The notes: generated from the sequence alone by a model not told the origin. 49,531 nt of DNA, filler included, from Catajapyx aquilonaris (GCA_000934665.2; 2 parts of 2 records of this genome joined end to end with filler, not necessarily neighbours in it), one strand, 5' to 3'; positions 26,480 through 41,194 are shown, counted from the whole stretch's first letter. Numbers and translations: made by a program.

Positions 26480-26836
26480 TAAATTATAATAATTATTATT
26501 ATTATTGGGTTAGTGCACCTCCCATTTGTGGGCATTGGGCACGGTACCTTTATTTGCCTTTTCAGTTTTACAATGTACTGAAGGATTTTGGTCCTTTTCC
26601 TTAACGCCCGGGTACCACAAACGAGGGGGATGTGCGAAGTGCAAGTGCAATGTCGTTGCTTGGTCATTTTGTGAACTCCCCCGGGTGGTTAGTCTAGAGG
26701 AAATCCCACCCGAGGCGAAGCCAGAGACGACCCAACTCTGCACGACATGAAGGGGGGAATGCCCGGGCTTGGGATCGAACCCGGGACCCTTACATCCGTG
26801 GGAGTGTACATTTCCGCAGCACCACTCCGCCTCCGC
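26480..26836 (-). mobile_element. tRNA-derived SINE family 1
   Basis: B box GGTTCGATCC, shared core, (ATT)n tail. Confidence 0.8.
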
Positions 26837-26930
26837 TGCTTGAGTAATGAAACTGCCTTCCCCGTGGGAAACACCACCTATTGTGTTTCCGAAATGCACT
26901 TGAATCGCTAAACTTTTTTTTTCCCATATA

Positions 26931-27491
26931 CAGGGTGTTTATTGTAACTCTGCAAAGACTTTCAGGGGTAATAGAGGGGACCAAGACAAGTATTTTTGAC
27001 ATAGGAACCCGTGTCCGGAAACGCCATCTAGAGGGGGTTCATAGACAAGGAACGGGTGCGCTCAGACGAGCCAGGCGAGAGGCACTAGGAGAGCGGACTG
27101 TTTTGTTGATAGATGGCGCTCGGATAGTAACCAACGATGCGATGTGCCATAACCTGGCAACAGCAGAGCCATCTAGCAACTAAAGTAGGCCTCCCAGGAG
27201 ACGCGCGGATAGTCAACAGCGGTTCTGTTGTTGCCAGGTTATGGCGTATTGCGTTGTTGTTTACTAACAACGACGCGATACGCCATAACCTGGCAGCAAC
27301 TGTGTGCCACCTATCAACAAAACAGTCCGCTCGCCTAGCGCCTCTAGCGTGACGCGTCTGAGCGCACCCATTCCTTTCTATGAACCCCCTCTAGATGGCG
27401 TTTCCGGACACGGGTTCCTATGCCAAAAATACTTGTCTTGGTCCCCTCTATTACCCCTGAAAGTCTTTGCAGAGTTACAATAAACACCTTG
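26931..27491. mobile_element. Tc1/mariner-type foldback MITE (561 bp)
   Basis: TA|CAGGGTGTTTATTGTAACTCTGC...GCAGAGTTACAATAAACACCTTG|TA with near-perfect inverted arms of more than 130 bp. Confidence 0.9.
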
Positions 27492-27550
27492 TATATCAAT
27501 GTATCATATTCATGTGGGTTTTTTTTTCTCAGTATGTAATCTCACATGTA

Positions 27551-27903
27551 CAGTACCATTCATCAAGAATGGTATGACTCTGTATGTTCTCAAACCATGG
27601 GTGGCCAGCATGTTTTTAGGGGTCACGAGGAACCGGGAAAATGATATCAAAATAAAATAAAAAAGATAAGAAAAATAAAAAGCAAAGTAGGAAAATTTTA
27701 GGGGGGAAATTCACATCAAATCTATGTAAGCATTGCACCTGGTGGAACATTTTGGTAATTAAAATTTTTATTTAAAAATCGGGCTTTGTCGGGTACGAGT
27801 CACCAGAGGTACAGAAAAGGTTGTCCGTAGGGTTGGGGAAAATGCTGGATAATCAGGATAAACACTTCGTCCAGAGTCATACGATTCTTTATGAACGAGA
27901 CTG
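27551..27903. mobile_element. Tc1/mariner-type MITE
   Basis: TA TSD; ~32-bp imperfect TIRs CAGTACCATTCATCAAGAATGGTATGACTCTG / CAGTCTCGTTCATAAAGAATCGTATGACTCTG. Confidence 0.8.
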
Positions 27904-27951
27904 TACCTTCATGTTACTCAAATCCCTGAATTTCTCTCCACATTATGTACA

Positions 27952-30900
27952 TTAAAAAGGCGTTTCTCTATTATGGATCCTCATAATATGCTCTTTCACA
28001 GTTAACTTCCGACTAAATAATTTCCCACATTCTTTACATTCATAAGGTTTCAATCCAGAATGCACATCATTGTAATGTCTTTTCAAATTGCATTTTTGTA
28101 AAAAGTCCCTACTGCAAATATTACACGTGTAAGGCCTGTGTGAACTAGTGTGAACTGGAAAATGCCTGTTCATATGCCCCTTGCGTACAGATTTGTATGA
28201 ACACAAACTGCATGCATGCAAAACCTTCTTCTTTCTTTTGCCAATTTTCCTGGCGAGTTCTGGGTTTTCCTCGCCATTCGCTATTCCAGTTGGATGGTTA
28301 TCACTATTCTTTTCATTCAGGTTTGCCGATCTTCTTGCAACAACAGGACTACATTTTTCCTCGTCTTCTCCACTAGCAGGTCGTTTCTTTCTAGAAGTAT
28401 GTTTGGGCATCACACGTGTGTGTGACTCCAAATCTGATGACCCAGCCAAGTGTTGATCAGTTACATCATCATCCTGAAAATTTGAAAGCTCATAAGTTCA
28501 GGAAATTTCCAGGGCTGGATTTTCTTCAACTTAAAAAAAAAGGGGGAGCGTTATTATTTTGTCCATGGGACTTCATTGTCATTGTTCCTTAGGTCACTCG
28601 TAACTCATATAATGACATTTCATCTTGTCTGACCTTTGTTATTGACCTAGGGGCATTCCAAAAAACAAAGTCCGTGAAATATTGGTGTCATTCTGAATCA
28701 AATGGGCCGAAATTCGGCTAGACCATCTCGGATTTTTGTGAAAAAAATCACAGCTGTTCACACCTATGCCAGCCTATTTCATGATGTTTAATATCTAGTT
28801 TCAGCGATATTTTGCAATACAATGAGGAAGGGAAAAATCGCGAACTTTGGAAAGGGCCTGAAATGAGGCCTTTTTGGAGATTTTTTTCCGGTTCGTGGAA
28901 GTGGTCAAAGTCCAATAAACATAATATAATTCTATCAAATGAAAAGGAAAGACGAGGATAATGCGCCTATGGAATTAGTTTTCCTTAAAAATGTAACCAG
29001 AATAATGGACTTGGCATTCCGTCGGTCACATGTCCACAAATTTAGGCCCCTAAAAATTAGTGGGTAAATCTGCAAATATTTTCTTGCGAGACATGGATGA
29101 ACCACACTTAAAACTGAACATATTAAACCCTGTGTGGGGCACAACTCCTGTCATCAAAGATGGCTGCTCTTACGCAAATATATTGCTAATTGTTGTGGTC
29201 AAATTATTTGGACATGCGACTGAGCATGTGACCAATGGAATGCCGCGCACATTTTTCTGGTCACATTTGAGAGGAAAACAAATTCCACAGGCGCATTCTC
29301 CTCGTATGTCTCTTTCATTTGATGTATATGTTGATCGGTTTTTGACTATTTCCACTAGCCTAAAAAATTGTTCCAAAAAATACCTAATTTCCAGCCCCTT
29401 CCAAAATTTCGCTATTTCTTTTCGTCCCATGGTATTGTGCAATATGTCTGAAACTTGACCGGCTATATTTAGAGTACTGCGGCTTTCTGACTGCCCCAAG
29501 CTAAAAAAAGAAACGTTCAGAAAAAATGAAAGGTCATTATGAGTTACGAGTGCCCTAAGGAACATGGACATGCTATGAATACCTGTGGACAAAAATGTGA
29601 TTTTTGTTACGTAGTGTAAATCAGATCATACATCTAAAGAAATTATACGAGGCACATTCAGAAATGATTTACACGCTTTCTTTTTCCCGCTGAAGAAGTG
29701 GTCCTAGAAGTTCCATTATTCACCGCTAGATGGAACGAAACCTTCCCGAGCGTGCCACAAAAAATTGGACACCATTCGTCTCAGTTGCATCGTCACAGTG
29801 CGAAAGTAGTGCCCGTAACTATCGTCATGGACAACGTTGCAGGAGACTCCATGATGCGGATTCTGACACTTTCTTTGCACGACTCGTCACTGGCAATGAA
29901 TCGTGGTTCCACCATTGCCCTTCTCCAGCCAGTCCACCAGTAGGATGCCATTTTCATCACAAAAACACACCCCATCTGCTTGCCAGCGGATGGTGCCGCC
30001 TTGAATTTTTTTGGCCGTGGACTTCCATCGTGCTTCCACTGCATGGACTGTCATTTCTTCTCGCGCATGTGATGGTAGAACCACGATTTGTCTCCAGTGA
30101 TGAGTCATGCAAAGAAAGCGTCACTGATGAGTCATGACCTGTATTTTCACCGCCATCCGAATATAGCATTGCTCATTGACTTTAACAGAAAGTGCTCAGT
30201 GGTGCCCTCTTCAAGTGGTGCCCAGGGCACGTGCCATACTTGCCATACCCTATGCCTCCGAGGTATATGCACATAGAAAGTTATGCATTTTTCCTGCTCT
30301 TTTACAAAACACATGCATAAGCTTCAAAGAGGAAAAAAAAATCAAACCTTCTTTCCTGTCTGGATCATGAACTGATGATCTTTTAACTGCAAATCTTCAT
30401 TATCCTTCTCCATGTTGCTTCCATATTGCATGAGACTTTCTCTATCCTCTTCATCTTCACTTAACTCCAACTGCAGCTTCCAATCCTCCTGCAAATGGGA
30501 AAAACCTGATTAATGCCACAACATTTACCAATCCACAAGGCGCATAATATATGGCAAGCTATCCATAGCATTTTATCACATAAAGGATGTCTTCCAGAAC
30601 TAATTTTGCATTAACAATACTTACACTACATGCTTCATTTGCAGATACTAATCAAAAGTACGTGTAGTTCAGAAACACATCTTCACCAAGTATGAAATCA
30701 TTTATTAAGAATGAAGATCACAATGTACTTATAATCAGAGGTCCAACACTGACTTCTTCCCCTTTTTGAAGCAGAGTGACGTAATCAACTGTGGCCTTTA
30801 TTTATTTATCCAACATGACACTGGGTGGACTTAAAGGTACACGCCCACGTGAATTTCGCAAAGTGGTATTTTTTTATCCTGTCTCCAACCTAAATCAGCC

Positions 30901-32774
30901 ACAGTTCAAATATTCTTCCGGTCCCTCAGAGAATCAACTTGAAGCTCAGTAGCAAAATTCATACTGCTGTGACAAAATCCCAGCTATTTTACAAAACATT
31001 AGCTTCAAATAACTGAAACAATCAAACCGTGTTTTCTGTCTGGATCGAACATTGATGATCTTTTAACTGTAAATCTTCACTATCCTTCTCCATGTTGCTT
31101 TCACATTGCATGAGATTTTCCCCATCCTCTTCATTGTCCATGGCTTCCAACTGCAGCTTCCAATCCTCCTGCAAATTAAAGTCACATTAGTCAGATTAAA
31201 GTCACATCATTTACCAATCCGCAAGGAACTTTGGGTGAGCTATCCATAGGGCTTTGTCATAAAAATGTCGTAACTTCCATTTCTGACAATATTTTACTGA
31301 AATTTCCAACCTACAGCAGCCTGAGAACTGGCTGCACACTCTTGCTACTGTATAGTAGCCACCTACAATTAAGGCAGGGTTGCACTGCCTCCCGGAAAAT
31401 TTGCCTGGCTGAAGAAGAGCCAGGATAGTTTGTTATTCTTTGTTGTCATTGGGGCCGTGCAGACGGGCAAAGCTTAGCCGCGGCTGGCCGTGGCCGCGAC
31501 GGTTCACACCTAGCGGCCCCCTAGCAACGCCACGGGCCAACTTCCTGGAAGTTGGCCAGGGCCGTGGTCAGCCGCGCCCAAGCTTGGCCTGTCTGCACGG
31601 TCCCATTAATTCTGTCAACAAACTATCCTGGCTCTTCTTCAGGCAGGAAAATTAATTTTAATTAATTTTTAAATGTTTTTAAATCTGCTGCACAGGCATT
31701 ATACCTTCACATATTTTCAAAAACGATTTGATGCAAATAAACTATACCTAAATAATTTTAATGATCCCTTTTTTAAAATTATACCCTCAACCAAGCACCT
31801 TTTGAACTAGGTCAAAGTAATGACTTTGTGGGGGGAAAACTTGTATGGATAACAAGACTTCCCATGAATATTAATGCATGACCCTTCAGCACACACTGGT
31901 CTTACCGAGAATTCAAAGCCATCATTAGAGTCTTCAATCTTCACTTCTACTTGTCCTGGAGAAGCTGTTATGACATATGTCGATGAATCTGAATTCTGCT
32001 GTGATAGAGTTTCATGGTATTCCTCAGGTGCTGGATGAACTTCGCTTTCGAAAACACTGCATCCATGATGAACACCTGCGAAGCATAAATAAATCAGATC
32101 ATGAAATTATTCAAATTACTGAATTCCGGAAGTACCGACTAACCTGTAGGACAATCATCCAAGCTGCTCTGTGCCTTCTCTGTGCCAGCTATTCTACTCT
32201 GAAATTACATTTTTCATTACGACAGAAAACCTCAAACACATTTCATTTTATCACATTAATCTTGCATGTTTCCACAACAACTTCACTGACCTGTTCTGCC
32301 TGAAGAGAGTCTTGATCCTCAGTGTCTACTTCCCCGGCCTCTTCATTCACGTACAAATTAACTTCAGGACGCACAAGAAAGTCTGCATCTTCATTAACCC
32401 TGGCCTCATCGACTCTTTCAAGCTTGACTTCAGGGGCATACCCAGGCGGGAGAACTAAAATGAAGGAAATGACACGTTCAATGAAATTTCAGATATTACC
32501 ACATTTACAATATTTCGTGTTCTCCCTCGACTTGTTTCGGAAAAAAATATCCACTGAACTTACTTTTTCCTTCTGCCATTCTTCGAGTCCATTGTTCCAT
32601 CATTGCCATTCTCCCTTCCATTCCCTTCATCCATCCCTTCATCTCCTTCATCTGCCCCTCCATCTCCTCCATATGCACCTCCATCCTTATCAGGATTTTC
32701 ATCAGTACTTTTGAATCCATTCCTCTGCCTACCTTCTTGACCATCTGAAGCAAGTTCAATATTTCTGGTTGCAT
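27952..32774 (-). CDS. C2H2 zinc-finger gene A (~467 aa): Met-heptad N-terminus, acidic linker, 3 fingers; exons 32774-32564, 32454-32291, 32198-32144, 32075-31906, 31168-31028, 30488-30348, 28473-27952
   Basis: All junctions GT-AG and phase-consistent (1404 nt); exon-by-exon homology to gene B; fingers CSLC..HFPVH, CNIC..HYNDVH, CKEC..HIMRIH. Confidence 0.82.
28555..29597. mobile_element. Non-autonomous DNA transposon with ~70-bp imperfect inverted repeats
   Basis: GTTCCTTAGGTCACTCGTAACTCAT..AATGACATTTCAT (~28583-28623) is inverted at ~29526-29565; boundaries approximate. Confidence 0.5.
29648..30290. mobile_element. Rearranged mariner relic
   Basis: TA|CGAGGCACATTCAGAAATGATTTACACG end; catalytic-domain fragments on both strands (+: FFARLVTGNESWFHH; -: MQWKHDGSPRPKKFKAAPSAGKQMGCVF). 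Confidence 0.75.
31404..31647. mobile_element. Nested palindromes: outer foldback containing an inner MITE (31451-31604) with GGG(G/A)CCGTGCAGAC termini
   Basis: Outer arms CTGAAGAAGAGCCAGGATAGTTTGTT and its reverse complement; inner arms GGGGCCGTGCAGAC..AAGCTT flanked by ATT on both sides. Confidence 0.7.
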
Positions 32775-33029
32775 TCACTATCTTCTCTCAACCTGCAAGG
32801 CAACACATAACTTTAGATTTCTATAATTTCATTCAAAGACATGAGCCTACATGGTGTCCAAATGACTCAATTCATAGTCATACTATCTACATTCTAAAAC
32901 CTGTCCATGGCGTCTGGAGCAGATATTGCTGAACAGATGGACTCGACACCACAGCAAGACCATCACCTAACCGCATGGGTAAGAGTCTGCATGCATCTAC
33001 TGTACCACGCATGCTGCAGACGACATCCC

Positions 33030-33455
33030 AAGATGACGTGCTCCTTGTCCCGCATGACCAAGCAGGATCAGCGTATTGTGATTGTATTTTTGATGGCCGA
33101 GGGCAATAGACCTGCGGAAATCCATCAGAGGATGCTGAAGATGTACAGTGTCAGCTGCGTGGCAAAAACAATCATTGCAGAGAAGTGCTGGCTATTCCAA
33201 GGTGGCAGACAATCCGCAGGTAACTAACCCGACCAAGCCAGGTTTGCCACGCAGCTGGTGCTGTGCACCATAAGCATCCAACTATGGATTTCCATAGGTC
33301 TCTTGCCCTCAGAACCCGTCAGAACAACATGCAGATCATGCTTGGACATGTGCAACAAGGGGTATGCCATCTGGGAATGTCTGCTGCAAGGGGCATGGTA
33401 TGTGCATGAAGACTTTTATCTTCAGCGGTAAGAGTGTGGAAATGAAATTGCTTCG
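33030..33455 (+). mobile_element. Internally deleted mariner (N-terminal HTH fragment plus right end)
   Basis: MTKQDQRIVIVFLMAEGNRPAEIHQRMLKMY..KCWLFQGGRQS resembles the mariner HTH; the end ...CTTCAGCGG..GTGTGGAAATGAAATTGCTTCG|TA is homologous to the 29648 end. Confidence 0.7.
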
Positions 33456-33551
33456 TAAGAAGTAGTTTTTTCCACACTTCTTTAATCCAAATTTTCCACA
33501 CCTTTTTTTTCATGGTTCCTCGGTTATTCAAGTATCAAGTCTGCCACTGTA

Positions 33552-33713
33552 CAGTACTGGCCAATAATCGAGGCAACGACTAGCGACATTTTCCCGAAGC
33601 GGCAGAAGAAGGAATCGAAGATAAGCATACTTCAAGCCGGGCGAGCAAGATTCCTTCTTCTGCCGCTTCGGAAAAATGTCGCTAGTCGTTGCCTCGATTA
33701 TTGGCCAGTACTG
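33552..33713. mobile_element. Tc1-like MITE
   Basis: TA|CAGTACTGGCCAATAATCG...CGATTATTGGCCAGTACTG|TA; ~65-bp near-perfect arms; terminus resembles Tc1 CAGTGCTGGCCA. Confidence 0.85.
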
Positions 33714-33902
33714 TACTAACCCTTCATACAATGTATCCTAATAATAACCCTTTCTGACCCTGCTCCAGTGCTGCTGTAAGCCATACAAATCATCAAACAA
33801 GGTTAGCTGCCATAACATCCACTAACCTAACCTACACTCCAATGCCTGCAAACACACCTTAGTCTGGCGGCTTACTGCAAGTTTTACACACTTTGAGCTT
33901 AA

Positions 33903-34081
33903 GGTGCGTTTACATGTGATCGATTTAACAAGCAAAGCCTTCGCCAAGCAGTAACATCGCTGAGTAACCCAAGTAACCAATATTGTTTGAGGCGAAAGTC
34001 GATTGTTACTGTCACCTCAAACGAACATATTGGTTACTTCGTTCCGCTTCGTTTGTCAAATCGCTCACTTGTAAATGCGCC
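33903..34081. mobile_element. PIF/Harbinger-like MITE
   Basis: TTAA|GGTGCGTTTACATGTGA...TCACTTGTAAATGCGCC|TTAA; related copies at 35934-36069 and around 40.6-41.4 kb. Confidence 0.7.
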
Positions 34082-35518
34082 TTAAAAGCAATTTCATTTT
34101 TACCCAGCATTCCAGGCACCTCATGGAGTATTTTGGGGGCTGGAACCACCACCAAATGTTCCAGGTAATTTTGGTACAGGGAACACAAAGCTTTAAACAG
34201 GGCGTAAGTGAAAATTCCATGTGATCAGCACATATCTTTCGGGGCTGCCGTGGTTGTCGCTAAGGTTTCAAGGTCGGGTAACACAGTTGCGCACCAAACT
34301 TGGCCTGCCATCAAAATGGCGTCTTTAGTAGGGGATCGGCAGGAATCTTGTATCCCTGCCCATGTTAAATGGACTCCGCTTGCTCGCGTCTGCATGTCTG
34401 GCCCCGGGGCAGATCTTGTTGACAAAATTTTTTTTTTGAGTGAGGAGGTTCCTGCGCTGCCCTCACCAGATGCCACAAGTTAATTCGCCAAGTGGCGGAC
34501 TGCCCCCGGTGTGATTTTGTTAGCGGTAACTGCGCGTTTCTCACTATTATCCGCCCTCTTATTGCTCTGGTTGTTTGACTGCTGAGGATGAACCCTTTTG
34601 ATTATGTGTGTGTAAGTTTGGTTAGAAGAGTCATGCGTACTGTACTTCAGAAACGACAAAATGTTTCCATGCAGTGTTGGAATTACCCTATCTTATCCTA
34701 GCATAATTATAAATATTGTCCAGTACACACGACGCTTCTAAGTTCACGAAACATTAATAATAAGTGTGTTAGAGATACGCAGTGGTCAATAATATTCAAA
34801 GAACCACGAGGGACAATGGCAGTGGACGATCGGAACCACGATCGCAACTTTGATATCTACACAGTACAAGTTTACCTTCCAGGTGTTCCAACCACCCTGC
34901 CCAACACTCCCTGGACTCTTCCACGCCTGTCCTGTCCCGACTGAAGGAAGGAAAAGCGGACGGGGACTGCTCAGTGTCCACGGAAGATGAGATTTTTGGA
35001 GAAGAGACGCCGCCGGCCGATGGAAGGCGTCAGATGATACTATCGCTCGATGGTGCTATCGACACCCTTTTAATGTGCAAAACCGATACTATAACGATGG
35101 AGCCTACTTCCTGTGCATCGAACGGGTTGTTCGAAATGGGCTGGAAATTTTCCAGGTTTTTGGAACCAGGGGCGGCCCTCGGGTCGAACACATTGGCAAA
35201 CCCACTGTTTAGCTGCAGCTTCTTCTCCGTTTGGCAACCCAACACTGCAAACAGACATTGGAATCTCTTTTCCTTCCTGATTATTGTGGGGCACCCTGTA
35301 CAGAAGGAAGGAAGGACTTTCTGCTTTACAGACACACATTTAATAGCCAGTGGAAAATGATACATAATGTAGGCTATAACGCTCAGAATTTCACAATCAG
35401 GCATAAAAAATACTACATGATCATCGAACAGTAATTTTACAACGAGTCAGCAGTGTTCCAAGAAGTTTTATTATTAAGGAAATAATCTTACAGTGTGAAA
35501 GACTCTAGAAATGATTAA

Positions 35519-35645
35519 CCCTGTAATGCCCCTTGGGTCACATCTGGCACACCATTTAGTGCAATTTGGCACTTACAGGAAATATAAAAATTGCAAAAAT
35601 TGCACTAAATGGTGTGCCAGGTATGACCCAGTGGGCATTACAGGG
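35519..35645. mobile_element. piggyBac-like MITE
   Basis: TTAA|CCCTGTAATGCCC...GGGCATTACAGGG|TTAC with ~50-bp arms. Confidence 0.75.
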
Positions 35646-35933
35646 TTACACATATCTCAATTGAATGGAGTACTTGCCTGGTGTTGTAATTTCTACAAAC
35701 TACGTGAGAGAAGCTCTCGTCCCTCTGAAATGATGAGAAAAAAATAAGCAAGTCACAGCATAAGCCACTTATTTACATGTATCCGCCAACATCAGTGAAA
35801 ATAATTGATTTTTTTGGGCCTTATACTGGTGTCATAGTAAAATACAGTATTGTCATGGATCCATTAGCACGACCTAAGGTCACAGATTGAATCTTACCAC
35901 ATTCCAGGCCTATCTCCTCAGACCACATGTTAA

Positions 35934-36069
35934 GCAGCGTTTACATGTGAGCGATTTGTCATCGCTGAGTGACATAACCGATATTGTTCGAGGTGAAAGT
36001 AACAATCGATTTTCGCCTCAAACAATGTTGTTATCGCTGGCGATCAAATCGCTCACATGCAAACGCACC
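35934..36069. mobile_element. PIF/Harbinger-like MITE (same family as 33903-34081)
   Basis: GCGTTTACATGTGAGCGATTTG...CAAATCGCTCACATGCAAACGC. Confidence 0.65.
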
Positions 36070-36524
36070 TTTAAGAAAAATCATTCTCATGCAACGAAAT
36101 ATTCACACATGTTACAGAGCCACTTCAAGTAATTGTTCCAAAGTTACTCCTTGACACACTGATTAGTGGCAAAGAATTGCTTCCGATTACATACACTTCA
36201 ATTGAACCATTGCATGTGTATGCGCTATTTTAATGGCAAGTCACATCACCCTGCAGTCAAAGCAAGTATTTTGATAAAGAATAACTGTTGCATATTGCAC
36301 TAAGAATTCACCTCTTTTAACTTCACATGTGGAAGTCCGCCAGCTTGAGTCCCTAGGCACCTTCTACAGGCGGAACTGGTGTAACATTTGTTTGTGCCAC
36401 ACCAAAATGTGGCCAACAATTACAGCAAGTACCACGCTTCACCAAATTAGTCTCTCCATATTATGTGCTCTCGTCCAAAAAGTCCTACTCAAATTCACGG
36501 CTTCAGTAGTGAAACTGGCTTTCC

Positions 36525-38883
<2,359 letters not shown>

Positions 38884-39111
38884 TCAGCTCTCAACCTGCA
38901 TGACAACACATTACTTGAGATTTCTAAGAATTTCATAACAAGTTTTGAGACAACATGGTGTGCAAAATGACTTAATCAAGTAACATTTTTGCATAGCTAG
39001 TGTCTGTAAAATATTTCTCAGTGAAAGTAATCGCTGATTTGATATTATTACTTAGGCGAATATCTCAAGCTCCGGCTTATGAACCCGGCAATGTTTGAGC
39101 ACCGTTCTTCA

Positions 39112-39727
39112 TCAATAATCACTACGCACACTGCCTGTTTCAGACCATCTCTTCGATGTCTTCATTTTGGCACAGTCGTCCAAAATTCTTCGTGGCTCGC
39201 GGACAGGAAAACCTTGAATAATCTGCGGATCCGCGAGTTCCGGGAGCATGCAGTCCATGTAAAAATCGCCGATCTTTGGAATGATACTGTCCATGAATTG
39301 TGCGTCTTTTTGGACAGTAATGATGGCGATGTCACTAGGCAGCCGCACCCCAATGTCACATCGATCCAATTGGGCGCAGTGCATCTGGACTTGCACTTGC
39401 ATGTTTCCTGTCCAAATTGAAATTCCCGGAGGAGAGGGAGGCGTCCTTGTGCATTAGCGTACTCGATTGCCGGACAATACCTCGCACTGTAAGGCCGTGT
39501 CCTGCCTTCTGTAGTTCTGTTCACAATATCGTCTGGTGATGCTCCGAGAAAGGGATTGTCCACATCAATAAACGGTCCGCAGTCATGGACTGTGACACCC
39601 ATACTGCTTCATACTCGGCTTTAGCGTCGGTCTCCCTCTCTTTCCCCCACATCATGGCCGCAGACACTTTGGCTGCGGATTCTGATGCGGCGCTGTTGCA
39701 ACCAAGTGGTACCATTTTAGATGGCAT
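39112..39727 (-). pseudogene. YqaJ/lambda-exonuclease-like transposon nuclease relic
   Basis: Motifs spread over three frames: AMMWGKERETDA, GPFIDVDNPFLGASPD, QVQVQMHCAQLDRCD, IPKIGDFYMDCMLPELADP. Confidence 0.75.
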
Positions 39728-40627
39728 TGTTTGTTTTGAGTTTCTCCTCCCTCCCTTGGCTCCGTGTGTTGACTTCTATTTCAGCTTGCTTCTCTGCTGA
39801 TACACTTGTTTTTGGTAGAAGTTGTCGCACAGGTCCGCCAGCTGCCCATCTGTTGCGTCGCATGCACCGTAATCTAAGTCGGGCTTCTTTCTCTTGACGG
39901 AGATCACACCTGATGTCGATGGTTGTCGTCGTATCCTAGACTCTGGGTCTGCGGTATATGTATTTTCCTCCTGCAGTTCGACACTTTGTTATTCTTCAGC
40001 ATATTCACTCCCCTGGTCGTCAAGCGTGACAGAGGTGAGAGAGGATTTACCCCATACAGTTTCTTATAAGGTGACGTGTGCCAAGCCAGTCCGGGTTTGT
40101 TGTAAGGCACGTTTCTCAGGGCGACCTTCAGCTTATTGGCATCTTCCGAATCACAGCTGCCAGAACTCGAGGATTCTTCGACGTTTTCCTACCAGCGAGC
40201 CTCAAAGAATTTTGGACGCCCGCCCGAGCCAAACTGAAAACACCGAAGGAGAGATTTGAAACTGGAATATTGTGCGTAGAGAATGATTAATGGAGAATGG
40301 TACCCAAACATAGTGCGGATATAGTGATTAGCGGTTAGGGGAAGGAGGCAGACATTGGGCCAAATGTGGAGGGTGCGATGTCCATGCGATGCGATACACA
40401 GAGCTTGAGATATTCGCGGATAATTGAGGACGATGCGACTTGACTCACTTGACCCGGCAGTGAAAACTTTATTTTTTGCGGATGGGGCGTAACATTATCT
40501 GGGAGTGAAATCCTGTACTGTGATGGCACAGGATGATGCAAGTGCGATCGCTTATGTTGTGAAGTCCGAACCGCTACAGCTTGCATCGGTCAGTCATGCC
40601 CATTGCTGATCAAATCGCTCATATTAA

Positions 40628-40790
40628 CCCCTTCGCTACCAGATAGGCCTTACCCACATAGATTTCGGCTTACGTGGACTCCAAAGATACGCCCATAGCT
40701 GTTATTATTTGTAAAATATATTGTGCGCATCTTCGGAGTAGGCGTAAGGGAAAATCTATGTGGTTCGGGCCTATCTGGTAGCGAAGGGGG
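40628..40790. mobile_element. piggyBac-like MITE
   Basis: TTAA|CCCCTTCGCTACCAGATAGGCC...GGCCTATCTGGTAGCGAAGGGGG|TTAA. Confidence 0.8.
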
Positions 40791-40997
40791 TTAAACACGG
40801 CCTAACGCCATTCCAGCCTCTTTGGAATGCAGCTCACCAATTAATTCAGCTCGCATTAGATCGGCAGGAATAATACCATGCTTACATGCGAGCGATTTGA
40901 TCAATAATGTGTAGTGATGTACACCCACGAGCATAAAGTTGGAGACAGCAGGGTGCTCTGCCAATCTCAGCTATTACGGTATCAAATATACTGTTGT

Positions 40998-41194
40998 GTC
41001 GTCTCTTACTTCGTCTCGGGTGGAATATCCACAGACTAATCCACCCGGGGGAGCTCACAAAACGACCACATGCGTCCTGTCATCCCTTCCTGCCCGTGCG
41101 CCCGGGTGCTGTATAAATAGGAACCAATTTGTATCTGACTATTAATAAAGGTCCGGCAAGACCCCAATAGGGGTACGCCTGTACCCAATTAATT
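40998..41194 (+). mobile_element. 5'-truncated SINE family 1, inside a Harbinger-like MITE (~40875-41376)
   Basis: Core CCACCCGGGGGAGCTCACAAAACGACC; perfect 14-bp TSD AAATATACTGTTGT (40984-40997, 41195-41208). Confidence 0.8.

Larger units (their letters stand above)
26840..27951 (-). pseudogene. Decayed distal zinc fingers of ZF gene A
   Basis: After the TAA stop: CT*CGEKFRDLSNMKV[MITE]HVRLHTEKK..[MITE]..GKKFSDSSAFRKHNR, homologous to fingers 5-6 of gene B. Confidence 0.8.

Noticed and set aside
31404..31435. Hammerhead ribozyme core (CTGAAGA)
   Set aside because: No GAAA box or compatible stems follow.
32560..32778. Dual-coding acidic Gly-rich frame over the Met exon
   Set aside because: Wrong phase for the next exon, upstream in-frame stop, and it terminates before the donor in paralog B; a by-product of ATG-rich repeats.
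34796..35404. THAP-like or other coding ORFs
   Set aside because: THAP C2CH pattern incomplete in every frame; more likely promoter/5'UTR of ZF gene A.
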